Of a stretch of 64,000 nt of DNA, positions 39,416 through 52,900 are shown piece by piece (the stretch's first letter is position 1; every line of letters begins with the position of its first letter). The DNA is taken from assembly GCA_040954595.2 (NCBI GenBank), contig CM082585.2, positions 9,001,649-9,065,648 of the forward strand, read 5' to 3'. The notes under the pieces were generated by a model, which had not been told where the DNA came from, did not search any database, and worked only from the letters and a program-made list of their open reading frames with translations. A program made the position numbers and the translations under genes. This DNA comes from Balanoglossus misakiensis (Eukaryota; Animalia; Hemichordata).

Positions 39416-42400
39416 TGGCTGTGTGTTTGGTTTGGTGACAATTTCACGACATAGTACAGTTCCAACTTAAAGGAATGATACAAAGGCACACATAAGTTTT
39501 AGCGGAACGAGATATTGTCATTAGATTTAAAAGAAAAACCTCAACTTTTGACATAACAAGTTTATATCTAGTGTCACGCCAGCTTTGGGCACCCCCCTCC
39601 CTCACCGTTTTGACGCATCGACACACCTGGAGATAAAAAAAATAAACACAGGTGCGTGTTTACGAAAGAGCTGAGCTGACTTAACGGTTTGCACAGTGAG
39701 GTATTTTATCGCTCCGCTGTGCATTTCGACTTCTATATCATTAAACACAAGTACCACGAGTTAATTTCGTACTATGTTAATACTTGCTGGATTACCGCTT
39801 TCCGAACCTTGATCGAGATGACCCCTTGAACATAGGCTTGCTTCTCTTTTTTGCACTGAGCTCGCGAAGAGTTGATGAAAACGACACACACGGCCATAAA
39901 TTGGAATCCAAGAAACAAAGAAAAAGCAATTTCCTGTGTATCAATACGCGAAGATGATTGAATTATTGTATTTGTTCGAAAAATAGTGCAAACACTCGAC
40001 ACAGTACCTTTATTCGGATCCCTTTAACACTCACAGTCGCGGGTCATTAAAAATACACACCAAAAGCATTGTAACAATGGCATTTAAACAACTTGTGTGC
40101 ACGCTACATTCAAAATGATGAGAAACATTTCAAAGAATCGGACAATTTCAGAATAAAATGATCTCATGGGATACATTAAGTTAGTAGACGTCCTTCTCTT
40201 TTGATGTTCGCGCTTAAGGCTGTCAGTAATTAAACACCATAATTTAAATTTATTGTTCTTCGTCAATTTAGCGGTAATTAGGGCGCTTATTTCACTGTGA
40301 CAATTTTTTTGCCTTTCTTTATGACAGTTTTTCTGCGTCGTGGACGAAATGACGCGCGCAATGATTAAAAAAGACGTTAAACGCATTTTCAAATAGTGAT
40401 ACGTCTGTAAAATAATCCTTTGTTTTCTGTTTTGTCGTTGAAATCGACTACTAAGCTCATTTGCATATCTTTGGCATTGAAAAGTAATTAATACAGAAAT
40501 TAATAGTATGTTACTTTTCGGAGTCGGCATAATTGCAAAGTTAATCCAGCGTGTCTTTTAAATCACATTTATTTAATTGCGACAATAACCATGAAATCGT
40601 TTCTGGATAAAAATGCATAATTAAATTTTACACAAAAGTTAATTTGGATAAGAGATATTATAACATGCTACATGCGTGTATGGTGTACTTTTCTCCCGTC
40701 TCGAACGGTTGACTTATTTCGAAAGAACAGTTGATTTTTTTAACAGACGCAGCAGATGGAAATCAAAAGTTAGACTTGATCCAATGTTTGTGTTTTTTTT
40801 ACATATTGGTTCGGTTGTTGGTGTTTTACAAGTCTAGGATTTTTTTTATTATTTTACTGAGATACAGTTGGTCTCATTTTGAAATTTATTGTGTACGGTA
40901 TTTGTGACTTCGGTCGAGCAGGGGTCTGTGTCTAGTGAGAATTACGACAGGGTCGCGGCCAACAGATTTCTCATTTACGAGTTCAGGCAATAAACACCGC
41001 GATGAATGTCACAGTTAGTTTCATCTCTTTCCAATCCGTCGATACCGTTATTTTCATAATCGAACCTTTCTTTTTAATTAACAAGCCTTCATAATGTAAA
41101 AAAATCGACGCGCGTGTCACAAAGTCTCAAAGCTCGCCGATATTACCGGGAAGTTTTATTCTCGCGAAGTGCCCCCGTTTGCTTTTTCTGTCGATCCCGT
41201 TGGTGTCGCCTTGTATTTAATCGCATTTATGCCGGCGCGTTATCGATCGCGCCCCGCGCGGAGAAGGGGCGAGACAGAGCCCGCGACACCGGGCGAACAA
41301 AGGCAGCTCCATCGATCGCTGAGAGTCATTTGAAGTGGCGGGAACAAGAGAAATAGACGACTCATACTGCTTGCAAAAGACCAGCTTAATATTAGATCAT
41401 GTGAAGCGAGAAATTTTCTCCCATTTCATATTTGCGATAGATGGATAAAGATAAAATCAACCCCATGAATCTTGATGAGTGGTGATCGATTTCTGATGCC
41501 GGTTTATAAAGAGCGCTGGGTGTGTATGTATCCCCCGTTGCATCGATGTAATCTCGATCGTTTTTAGAAACAGTTCTACTAAATTAAAAACTACTTGTAC
41601 GTGATTTTAATGCGTCCTATCGCCGTCTCTTGTTTGTATGTCTGTGTACCGATGTCACGCCGGGGAAATATCGTCCGGATTCAGATCAGATGTCCGGGTC
41701 TGTGAGACGTTCTCAATTTTTGAAACTGACGGCAAATCGCGTTTAAAATCGCACTCCGTGACCATTTCTATGGCAACGGCGGCGGTTACGTCATTTTTTT
41801 CTGAATGCGGATTGTTCGCCTGGGTTGGTCCTTTCTTGGTCGAGCCTGCGTGCCGCTCGGCTACGGTACGGCCAGTCGGTCAAGCCGTAACGGTGGACAC
41901 TTGGCGGGCCCTGGACGAGTCGCATTCTAGGCAACAAAACTCCCAAACAATTGTTATGCCCCGTGAAATGAGATAAGACTGCGAGTTTTGTGCCACGAAA
42001 ATTTGACAGAATATGCGGGGAAGTTGCCAGCGAATGCTTTGAGCGGTCTCCACAGGCTCTCCGCGCTAGTGGACTGTGATTGGCTCACCTAACCATTTGT
42101 AGCGAGTTGTCTCTTTGGGACAAAAAAGTCGAGCATCGTTGCAGACATCGCACACTCTGAGAGACAGACACACGTGACCCGTCACGGCAACCATACCGGG
42201 AGCGAACAATGGACGTTATCTCATAACCTGCAACGGATTAACAATTCGTCAGGGGCCCGGGTGCGCGTCCAATACACGCCGCCATTTCTCGATGTCTCTT
42301 GCCGCTGCAGAACCGTAGGGTAGCCTTCGAAAATAGAAGAGTTCGAGTACGCACTCGCTCGGAGATGCCCTACTTCCTCAATGCAGTTAGAATTTTGATC

Positions 42401-45400
42401 ACGCGTTACAAGTCGAGTAAAGCATTTAAAGAGATATACGACCACTTTTACTTTAAATTTATTGAATTCGAGACCTGTTTACATTTTCCACGACTAGGAC
42501 GATTATTTTCACCGAAGTGATATTTTAACACGATGCGTTGCCATGGTTATAATGTGACTTTTCATCAGTGCAAATTAATAACGGGGAGATTAATTTCATA
42601 AATTCTCAACATTTTGTCCCAAGTTGTCGCTGAAAGTAACAGTAGCAATACTTCTTTTATATTTCAACTGATATTAGTTCCTTTAACAAATACAGTTTGT
42701 TAAAATGCCGTTTTTTGGCCCGTTAACAGAGGGTGTATTTTGTTGACAGCGAATTTGGCAGTCGCCGCCTTTCAACAGTGTCACTATTAAACCTCAGAGC
42801 TCAAATCTCATACACAGACTCCGTCAATGAGTAAAATATAAAGCGTTTTTAAGTTCTTTTAGGCAAGACCGCTTAAAAACGAACGAAAAAGAAACAATTG
42901 TTAATTTAATCAGAGTCCGAATGAAAAAAAATGGTTTGTTGTGTCGTTCCACGGAAGTTGTCACTTTTTAGAAAACGAGCAAAACCGCGCCAGAGGAGAA
43001 CTGATGGCGTGTGGGAAATTTCGGATCTGTTCTGCAGAAAAAGGGGACGGAGAGGAGTCTTTGGAGCGGCAACACCGGTTACTATAGGACCCACCCCGCA
43101 CAGCTCACCTAAATGGGGGCAATCAATGGGAAACTGTCATCCCACAAACAAACTAATTAGCAGGCACTCTGGATGAAGTTGTTACAAACAGCTCTCCCCC
43201 TCCCGGGGCCTTTGTTATTGGGATGGTCGACCCCAGCTGTCAACGGAGCGGTTTAGAGCACCTAGCCCTCGGGTGCCCAGCACGGGAGACGGTGTCTGTA
43301 TTCTCAGCAGCGGGAGTGCCGACGACCGACAAGCTCCTCCATGCGACCTCATATTTTTTCATTTCTGTGGAAACATATTCAATCTGTCATTGCTGCCATC
43401 ACTTTTTTTTTGAATCCCGCGTTTTTTATTACTCTGTCTCCATGGTGACGGTTGTTTAATTACCATACAACGGGGTTCGTGGCCGACCGACTAGTCGCTG
43501 CCATTTTCGCGACGACAGTAGCAGGGATTGGGATTATCTCTATCCGCAGGCTTGTCCTCTGAGATTTGTTGACTCTGAACAAATAGTACGAATAGTTTAT
43601 CCACGCCCCTAAGTGAACAGATAACGGTTACTGTCTGGGTACCTCCGAGTCGGACCGCGAATATCATCTTCCAAATTTGCCAGTATTTTGTTTTCTTCAT
43701 CAAGAAATTGCAAACCTCAAACCTATCACCTGAGTATCATGGTAATAATAGTTAACAGGAAACGAAAGCTGGCTGATTAGATTTTTTCCATAAGTACCTT
43801 GAAGTACTGGGTTTCCGCTGAACGTTTTCATCACCTTTGAACAATTCTACTTACTGTGTGTCTCCTAGCTTCCAATTCCACGTAAACTATTTTCTAGGGA
43901 ATCGTCAGTTTATACAGGAGGGGGGGGGGATTCATGATACAGTTGCTGTAACTCTTGTCAACAGTTAATGTTCTATCATTCTACTGTATGGTATGGTGTC
44001 CTTTGTTTGTCAACAACAACCTGTATATGTGCAAAGACCATTGATGTTGTTGGTATATGATTTCAAAATTAGTTTCCAGTAATAATACTCACTGAAGTTC
44101 TGAACACATAATGGGTGTTACGTCATGCTGTAGCGATTCGAACTATACCCGCGCCTTGATTGTACCTGATACCTCCCTTATTCTGACTTAGTGAGAAAGA
44201 AGAGTAAGATTGCTAGCATTTCACTGAAAGCTACAGGTGAAAAGTTAAAACATGACGGTGTGAGTGAGAGGAGCACAAATTACCGAGCTTATTTTTTCCA
44301 TCCCCGTGACGTCATCAAAGGTCATAGGTCAGACCCCGAAGAGAATAAGCAATCACTGTCCATGGACAGGAAAGTGGTGAGCGGGACGACGTCCCCTCCC
44401 TGCGCTCCGGCCGAGCTGAATGTAAACAATTAATACCCCGCCGCTGCGTTGAAAATTCCCGAGATGTAAAAATACCTCGTCGTCTTTGTCAGGCCGTCGC
44501 CGGAGTTGTACTCCGAGAATCAACGGGCTTTTGTCCGCTACCCGCATTTTCGAGCTAAATCAAACAATTGCTGCATTTTTTTCCCCAGAAGAAAAGTGCT
44601 GGTTTTCATCAAACCATTTCGTGTTTTTGCTGGCAACAATTAATGCGTTGTGTGATTTTATTAAAACCGGTGAGAATGTCACCTTGTGAAATATAAGGGC
44701 GGTAGTGACAGTGTAGCTTCAGTGCAGGTTACAGTGAACCTCTTTTAAAATTCAAACGTTTGAGTAATCAAAAACAGAGCTCTGGGTTTGAAACACTGTG
44801 GATGAGATCGCGGGCCGATTGCGTTTTTCCACATACCCCTTCCTTTGAATATTTTTGTCCGAGTGTGTTTTTATTCATCTCATTTGTGCAGTGTGTAGCG
44901 GTGTCGAAGGTCATGGGCAAGGAAACATAAAGTTTGTGTTGTAGAATTGATTGCATTTGTCAGATCATACTGAGACATTGAAGCTTTGTCATAGTACTGG
45001 AAATAGAGAAACAAATTCAAAATCTGTTTTAACATTATGATTGTTGTTCTTTCCCGGGTTCTCAGACACAATTTCGGCTGTTTTTTATTTTATTTTTTTA
45101 CAAATAACAATATTTTTACAATATTTTTTAAAAGTGCCGTTTAATCGAAAATCAGCTCATTTTAGACGAAAAATCGGCCGATGATTACTCTCTCGGAACA
45201 TTTCTGCATTTCAAACGTTGTCTCGTAGGCGCGTGGGAATTGAAGTTTTGGCAACCAGCTCCGAAAACCCAGTGGACGTCGCTTCGGACTGATAAGAGAT
45301 CTGACCCGAGCGTCTAGATGGCCCTACCTCGTTTCCTTTGCTGAATAGTCTAATATTTTTAAAAATTTACAACTCTTTGTTGTGTGTTATTTTTCTTTCG

Positions 45401-48400
45401 CTAAATGAAGTGTCCGATTGACTAAATGGTACACTAATTCGCCTAAATGGGTCCCCTAGTCACCGAGAGAAGCGAACAACAGAAAGAGGGTTCCACGTGC
45501 AAATTTACCCATACGCTTCCCATCTCTAAATTGGTCGCTGAACAAAATTTTCTTTATTTTAGTCCCCTTTTTCATTTTTAACATTCATAACCTTCATAAT
45601 GCCGGGGCTTTACATGCGTTTAATTTGTAGGGTCGGCGGGTTCATCTACTAGTTATTTATGCATGGTTTAGCTGGCACGGCGAGATAAAATCTCTAGTAC
45701 TATGGCTGAGCTTACAGCGTGTATTATTGCGATGACGACGGTATACACAGTAATGGGCTTGGTTAATAATTTATGGCGAATCGGTGGATACCATTTAAAC
45801 GTCTACGCACTCTGCAGTCAGCGCATGTGTTTCGGCTCTCTCTCTCTCTCTTTGGCAAAAAAGGGCGGCAACGCGCGAATTCATTAGCGACAGTTTTTCG
45901 ACCTGATGCATTTCTAGCAAATACACTGTTTTGGCAACTGGGAGGGAGGGGTGGGGGCTCTGGATGTACTCAGATGAGGGGAGGGGGGGGGGTTAGGCGG
46001 GGCTCTCGGTCCCAACTCTCCGCCGCCGTTGCCAATGCAACGACCGCGCCGACCAGCACATGCGTGCCGATTCCCAACACGTACTGGCAATATATTACCG
46101 GGGCATAATGCAGGGACAGGCAAGCAGCAGAACTCCGGATATAGGTCCGTGATGCTGAAAAAATACGCAAATTGAAAAGTTATGAACTTGAGAGGAATAA
46201 TGCACAGAAAACGGGATTAAACAGTCGCTGAAAGGGAAAGGTCCTTTGTGCTCGCGAAAGGCCGGCGTCGACATTAATTTCTGTCAATTGAAACCGAGAT
46301 ATTGGCTGGGCACGGGCGCACAAAATGCGAAATATATCAAGAATTAGTGAAAGTGACATGTTGTGATGTATACGCCAGGAGTTGTGATTAGTTTCTGGCG
46401 GGAAGAAAGAGAAGGAAGGAAGGGGACCAGGGAAAAGGCAAAGAGAGAAACAATAACTAGATGAAAAGCAACTGGTTCGTTTGTGTGCCGGGATAGAGAG
46501 AGAAAGAGGCATAGCTGACAGATCTCTGTTCGCTCGGAGAGAGAGAGACAGAAAAAAACATGAGTGAAATGCCCGGTATGAAATAAAGTTCGGATAACAC
46601 GACTTTAAGTTTTTTTTTACTCCAAGATTGTTTCTCCGTGTTATTGCGCTATGCCAATCACATGTCATTGTGGAAATCAACACGCCACGATACGATCGGA
46701 TTACACTGTTTGAGTAACGCTTTGTAAATTGATAGTGCGTGGCGTTGAACCGGGGCGAATTCTTCGGAGGGGTATGTGTATGTCCAAATGCGACGTGGCC
46801 TCGATGATTCGAGTTGTTTCATTATTTATTAAAACATTCGAAAAACATATTTAGTGTTGACTTAATTCCGGCGTTGAAGTTAATCGCGAGGTGTGATTTT
46901 TTAACGCGACGTCTATATTTAATCAATGTGTTGATTCAATAACGCCGTACCGCACGGATATTTGCAGCTATACTGATAGTGTTTGCAGGTCGAGACTCCT
47001 TTAACAAACAGTCTTCCTTACAAGTGGTATGTAAAATAAGACAAATAAATGCTTAAAGTATATATTTCATGTACGTTTAGTAATCAGATGTAAATAGTAC
47101 TATTCGAAGACTGTATATAATAAAACCGCAACGGTATACACATGGCAAATAAGGGAAACCGATTAGGAAAAAATAAATATTGTAAACACACTACAAGTTT
47201 AAGTCCTTCACATTCCTAATTTAAGCAAGGCATAGGATATGCGCGTCAGGCAGAAGTCCCTGCCCTTTCCACTGAAATGCATGGGGCTGTTAATGGTGTA
47301 GGGGCGAGGGAAGATTCAGCGTACACGGAGCGACTGTATGTCCCCCTTCGTTCAAAATCTCCCTCTCACGTGTTCGGCCTTTGTGCCGACGCTGGCGCTT
47401 GCTAGTCATGACCACACGGGCGCGCCGGACGCAAAAGCCGCGGACCGACGGCGCGAGTGTCACGGCCGCACGCGGAAAGCTAACAAATATTTGGGAGGGC
47501 CCGTGTGTATACGGCTTCAAGCGCCTACACACACAAACCCTGACTTCACCACCATCATTGGGATCCAGTCCACTCTGTTGTGTGGACCCGATTTGACACT
47601 CCACAAAAAAGCACCGGCGATGATAAATCGAAAAAGAACGCAAATAAAACCTAATCTAGCGCACTTACTCACTCAAATCAAGTTCTCGTCTTAAATATTC
47701 CCATCTTTTATGAGCACCTTTTTCTTTTAACATTTCCAAAGCAGAGCAGCAATTTCGATGACTTTGAAATCCCATCTGGAAAACTTTTATCTCCACGTTG
47801 TCATTTCCCACGACCGACACTGTTTACTCTTAATAGGCTTAATTAAATATTCAGGAGGGTTTGGACGCTCGGGATGAGATGGGGCGTTCGTTGACGGATT
47901 CAATTCGAGCGGGACGCATAGAAAACATGTATACATACTTACTTACTCATAAATACAATTCGACACATTAAACTCATGTGGGAAAAGTTGCATAACGCAC
48001 AAGTAAAAACACACCATGCTTTAAGTATTGTTATTCACAAACGGCAAGAAAAATTAACAATCTGGCCTTTACTATTAAAAACCATGACGACTTTTTCGCC
48101 ACGAGAGAGACTGAAACATTCTGAAAGAAAATCGGGGGAAAATAAAGAAAAGAAAAATGGAGTTTTTCGCTGATTCGGTACCCGATTTCCAGACTTCCCC
48201 CAAGTCGTCCAGGGTACGGGACACAGAGACTAAACTATATGCAAAAATATGCACCGCTTCCCCAGTCATGTGAAGTGTCCGGGCAAACCCTCTCGGACCC
48301 GAGGAAAGAATTCGACTCTACTTATCCCGGCAGCTCGAACGCGTCAATAAAAAAAAACACCGTATTGGAACATATAGGCATTTTTCTCAATGAAACCCAG

Positions 48401-49773
48401 ACGGTTGACGCATAACTTACCAGCGATGTGCGTATATATTCCAATCGCAGCGCCGGCGCTGGTCGCGGAGTGGTAAAGAATCCGAGGAGCCCTGAATGGG
48501 ACGACATTTTTCTCCTAGCCGCCTTTTTTATCAGCTCGGCCGTCCTACGTGCGTGCCTTCCCCGCAAGAAAATGCGTCAAAACGCCGCAGTGGATGGTAT
48601 ATCCCCGCCTTGCCCCGTCTTACCCAGTCCAAGACTTTAGTCTGACTGGATTTCTCGTTACTAGTAATTTCCCTCAAATAACCGGTGCCTTAATCAAGAC
48701 ACGGTACTTAAATGTAATGTTATTGCACACCAGTGGGTTTTTGGCAAGTTTTATTTGCAGTACTGGTTCATTTTTCGCGCTCAGCTAGCTGGCTAACCAG
48801 CGGCTGTACAGCGAGGCTGCCCATCGCGCAGGCCCCATCCATCATTACCAATAGAGTCTCCGTCGTGCGCAGTAAATATTGCTGTTTGGGTTTCATGAGT
48901 GATTAAGTCCAAGCTGCGAAGGGAGTCCGAGTTGCCAGGTCCGCTCAGCACCCTCCCTCCGCTGCTGTCCGCACGAGTGAATCGACAAGTCGCAGGAAAG
49001 TGGGCCGTCATACCGAGCCAATAACCGTCGATTGTTGCCGTGGTTAGGCTTGCTGGGGTAATTTGGCGGGGGACTTTAATGACAAACTCGCACTTGGGGA
49101 GGGGCGCTAATGAAACGCCTCACTTCAAGGGTCCAAAAACCGATGATTGCGGCCGAGGAGGAGGGAGGGGACGTCTGGAGGGAGTTTCTTTCGGGAGGCC
49201 ATTTTTACCCATCAGACGACCAACCCCTATATTTGGAATTCCAATGGCCGACTGGCTCATTGTTATTCTCTTACTTCAGGGGAGCTCTTTTCCTTAGGAA
49301 AAAAGCTGCAGGCGGTTGTAATGAGTCGCCGAGTGTCTCAATGGCTTGATGGGCCACATCGAGTGCCGGTATTCTTCGCAATTTCAACCTGTCGACGCCA
49401 GTTCCACTGTTAATAAAGAAACAAAGTCACTCCACGAATCAGCTTCCAATTCCCTAAGTGAGAAATATTGCCGCAATAAAAGGCGGTACATTGCTAAGCT
49501 GGGTATTGCCTGCTAGATTTAATATCGTCTATCCCAGTTTGCTATTATATTAAGAATTATGACGAGGAAATCCTAATAAAGGATTTCATTTCGACTGTTG
49601 TTGGAACCTCAGTGTAGGCCTCAAACATTCATAAAAAGCATTAATATGTAAGATATTTTGTTCTTTCTGGTGAACTTATTTAGCAAGCTTCGTGTGTACT
49701 TAATTGTATGCGTAACCATGCATATACTCAGACCAGGATAGTGATAACAAAATTCACAAATACATAGAAGGTA

Positions 49774-49921
49774 ATAGATACATAGATACATAGATACATA
49801 GATACATAGATACATAGATACATACATACATACATACATACATACATACATACATACATACATACATACATACATACATACATACATACATACATACATA
49901 CATACATACATACATACATAC
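49774..49921 (+). repeat. Compound microsatellite (ATAGATAC)6(ATAC)25
   Basis: Read directly from the sequence; it explains the spurious MYVC-repeat ORFs. Confidence 0.95.
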
Positions 49922-52900
49922 CATATCCATAGTAGAGTAAACTGACACAAAAGAGCGTTCTTTGTGCCGTCCACAGCTACTTACATGTAACCTCTACACA
50001 GTAAAAGTTTGTATGGCGCAAAAGACCCAGAATATATTGTATTTTATTATTAATCTCGTCCTGTCGTATTGATTTATGATACAGCGAGTGAGCATAAACG
50101 GGATTTAATTAAATACCAATCCAGCAAAGGTTGCAATAGTGTAGAACGCTATTGTGACTAACAGAGAGGTCAATATTATAAAAGCGAAGGTTCTGTAGCC
50201 CCGCAAAAAATGCTAAAAAGCACACGACATAGACATTTCTCATGCATTTATACCAATGTACTCTGGTGGATAGCGATTTTTTTAGTCAAATATAGTGGAG
50301 AGACATTTCCATCACAATTATTTCTTTGCTATTTTTCCAGAAACCATTGAATATCTGAAACTGCACACTCTTTAGAAGACTGTAGAAACGATTATTTTTG
50401 TAAAAGTGAAAGAATTCGCTAATACATTTTTATCAGCAAGATAATATTGGAAAACGATATTTTAAACACTATTGTCAACGTAGGCAGCCATTACCCTTAA
50501 ATGTCGATGTATCAGTTTTGCTGAAAAATTTCCTTTCCTACTGAGCTGAAATGGGCTCTGATTTATTTTTTGTCACTCGAGTGGCAGCCATATTTGGCGT
50601 AAAACATGGCCGCCACACCAGCGCGCCGACTAAATACCCTTTCCCTCAAACAAGCCAAAGCCCTGACTAATGGAAAGATTAACGTTTCAGAAATGGATGG
50701 ACAGATTTTCATAGTAATGAATGTAGTTACATGTTTTTGAAAGTACTACCCACTTGAAAGTTAACAAATGATAGCGCCAGGCTCAGAGGGACGACAAATG
50801 ATGCACACCGGCCACAGAGCACAAGTTTGTGTCTGGTCACACGCGATTTTGAGTTTCTATACATTTTCATTTATTTCAAATTCAATGGGCGCTTGAACAT
50901 GTCGAACCAAAAAGTATTATTCGAATTAAATGGAAATAAAAGATATATCCTTCATTACTTCCATTGCAAAAGAAAACAAATGCCCAGATGCCACCACTCT
51001 TTCATGATCATCAAACAATACTGGTGTGCAAATTCTTCCGCTTTCACAATTTGTTGTCGTCGGCCAAATGTTCCCGCCAAATAACATAGAGCGCACGATC
51101 TCCGTAAACCGTATCCGACCATAAGTATATTTTGTAATAAACCAAACACCAATACACAGAACTGTTTGAATATGTACAAAGTGAAGTTGTTTTAAAGAAA
51201 AATTGAATATTTTTGAGAAAAAAATAAAAAGGGAAAATCGATTCGAGAGACTTCATCATTCATCGATGACTCAAATCAGTTCACACGCTTATGTTTCTCC
51301 CGAAATGTGACTGTCTGACCTAAAACGCGACCTTCACCCGAATTTAGCCGCTGAGGGTGTCTGTAAATGTTGTTTAACCGTTCCATCGCTATGTCGACTG
51401 GTCCAACTTCGCTGATCCCCGCCTGACTGGGGCAGTCTTCAGCCGATGCGTCGGAATGTGCCCAGAACGTCAACTGTGATATGTGTCACGCGAAGTTGAT
51501 GTCAATAAAAATGTAGCGAGACATTGAATGCGTGTAAAATAGTGACAGGGATGTTAAGTGTTAAGCTGGAAAGAAAAAAAATCACCAAATCCGGGTGAAC
51601 AAAATCAAAGATTAACACAGGTACCCTACACAATTGAGAACAGTCGCAAATTTGTCCCCATTGTCATCAAAATGAATGGAGTTTTCTTGACTGTTGGGCG
51701 CTCGTCAAATCAGCTGGTATTTAACCGTCGCAACAATGGTTCCTCAATTAAGCCACAAAGGGGGAAACTTAGACCTTTGGACTCAAAAATAAAGACCTGA
51801 TTTTGAAAATGTCTTTAAACAAGACAAATGAAAACGGGAAAAAGTCTACGTTGGTGGTCGTTTCACACGAGAAGATCGAGGTTACTGCATCATTCGGCGA
51901 TTGCCAATGTAACAATGGCTGCAGTGATTATAGAATCCGATACGCGCAATATGGCTGCTTGTTTCCATATTATTTCAGGAGCGACATTTTGATAAATAGA
52001 CAATTAATTGCCCCCACATTCTTCTCACAGAAGTATATGTAGCTAATGCCAGTTCAAAATTAGTTTAGTACAACCACCTGTTTGATCTTCAACCACGCTA
52101 ACGATCTCGCGTGTCCGTATAGCGAGTCTACCACTGCATGCATTACTGCGGCGTCCAGAGTTTAATATTTGATCACAAAGATATGGTATTGCTATTACAG
52201 GTCAATGACCTTTCTCTTAGCTTTTTTGGGGTGGCAGCCTTCACAATCACACCTTTTTGACGCTTGTTGTAACATGAAGATATGTGACAGTCAGTCAACT
52301 CCATTACACATAATTGAGCTTGGTCATGTGACGTTTGACAACAGTTCTTAGAAAAATCAAAGGGGCCAGGCCATCTCTAGTGCGCTTGTCCGGTACTCGA
52401 CGCTCAGGTGATGTGTTTTTCACCGGCCGCTCGACGGTTCAAGGGTCATCCACGTGGGTCGGCAGACGCCGGTAATTCTGGCAACTTACACTCGTGATTG
52501 GTGTATGCTCGTCTTTTGGTTCATACACTGCTGGAAGTCAGGGGTGAAAGTCTAGGAGTAGTCAGCCTCAGTCTTTGTACACACGGGCATTTTGAACATG
52601 CGCGTTGGGTAACCTCACCGCCCTTTCAGTGTAGAACGATGTAGGGTAAAATATTACTTCGACTTTTCCATGTTCGTCCATTCTAAACTTCATCCAACAC
52701 AAATATAACCATTTAACCAAATAACATGGATTGCGGTTGGAATACCTGTCAACAAGGCAACGCAATGCAACACTGTTTCAGTTTTCTATCATGGCTATTG
52801 TTTCTTTACACTGTAGCAAATGAAATGCACATGACCCGCACGTGTATTAACGTATCTGGAGTAGAAATTTCAACACGAGTTCTCGGCTGATATGCCTGCA

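Noticed and set aside
49621-49974. ORFs with MYVC repeats
   Set aside because: Translation of the (ATAC)n microsatellite.
50090-50830. Possible decayed TTAA-type transposon with internal hairpin GTGGCAGCCAT..ATGGCCGCCAC (50581-50616)
   Set aside because: Could not identify matching termini or a TSD.
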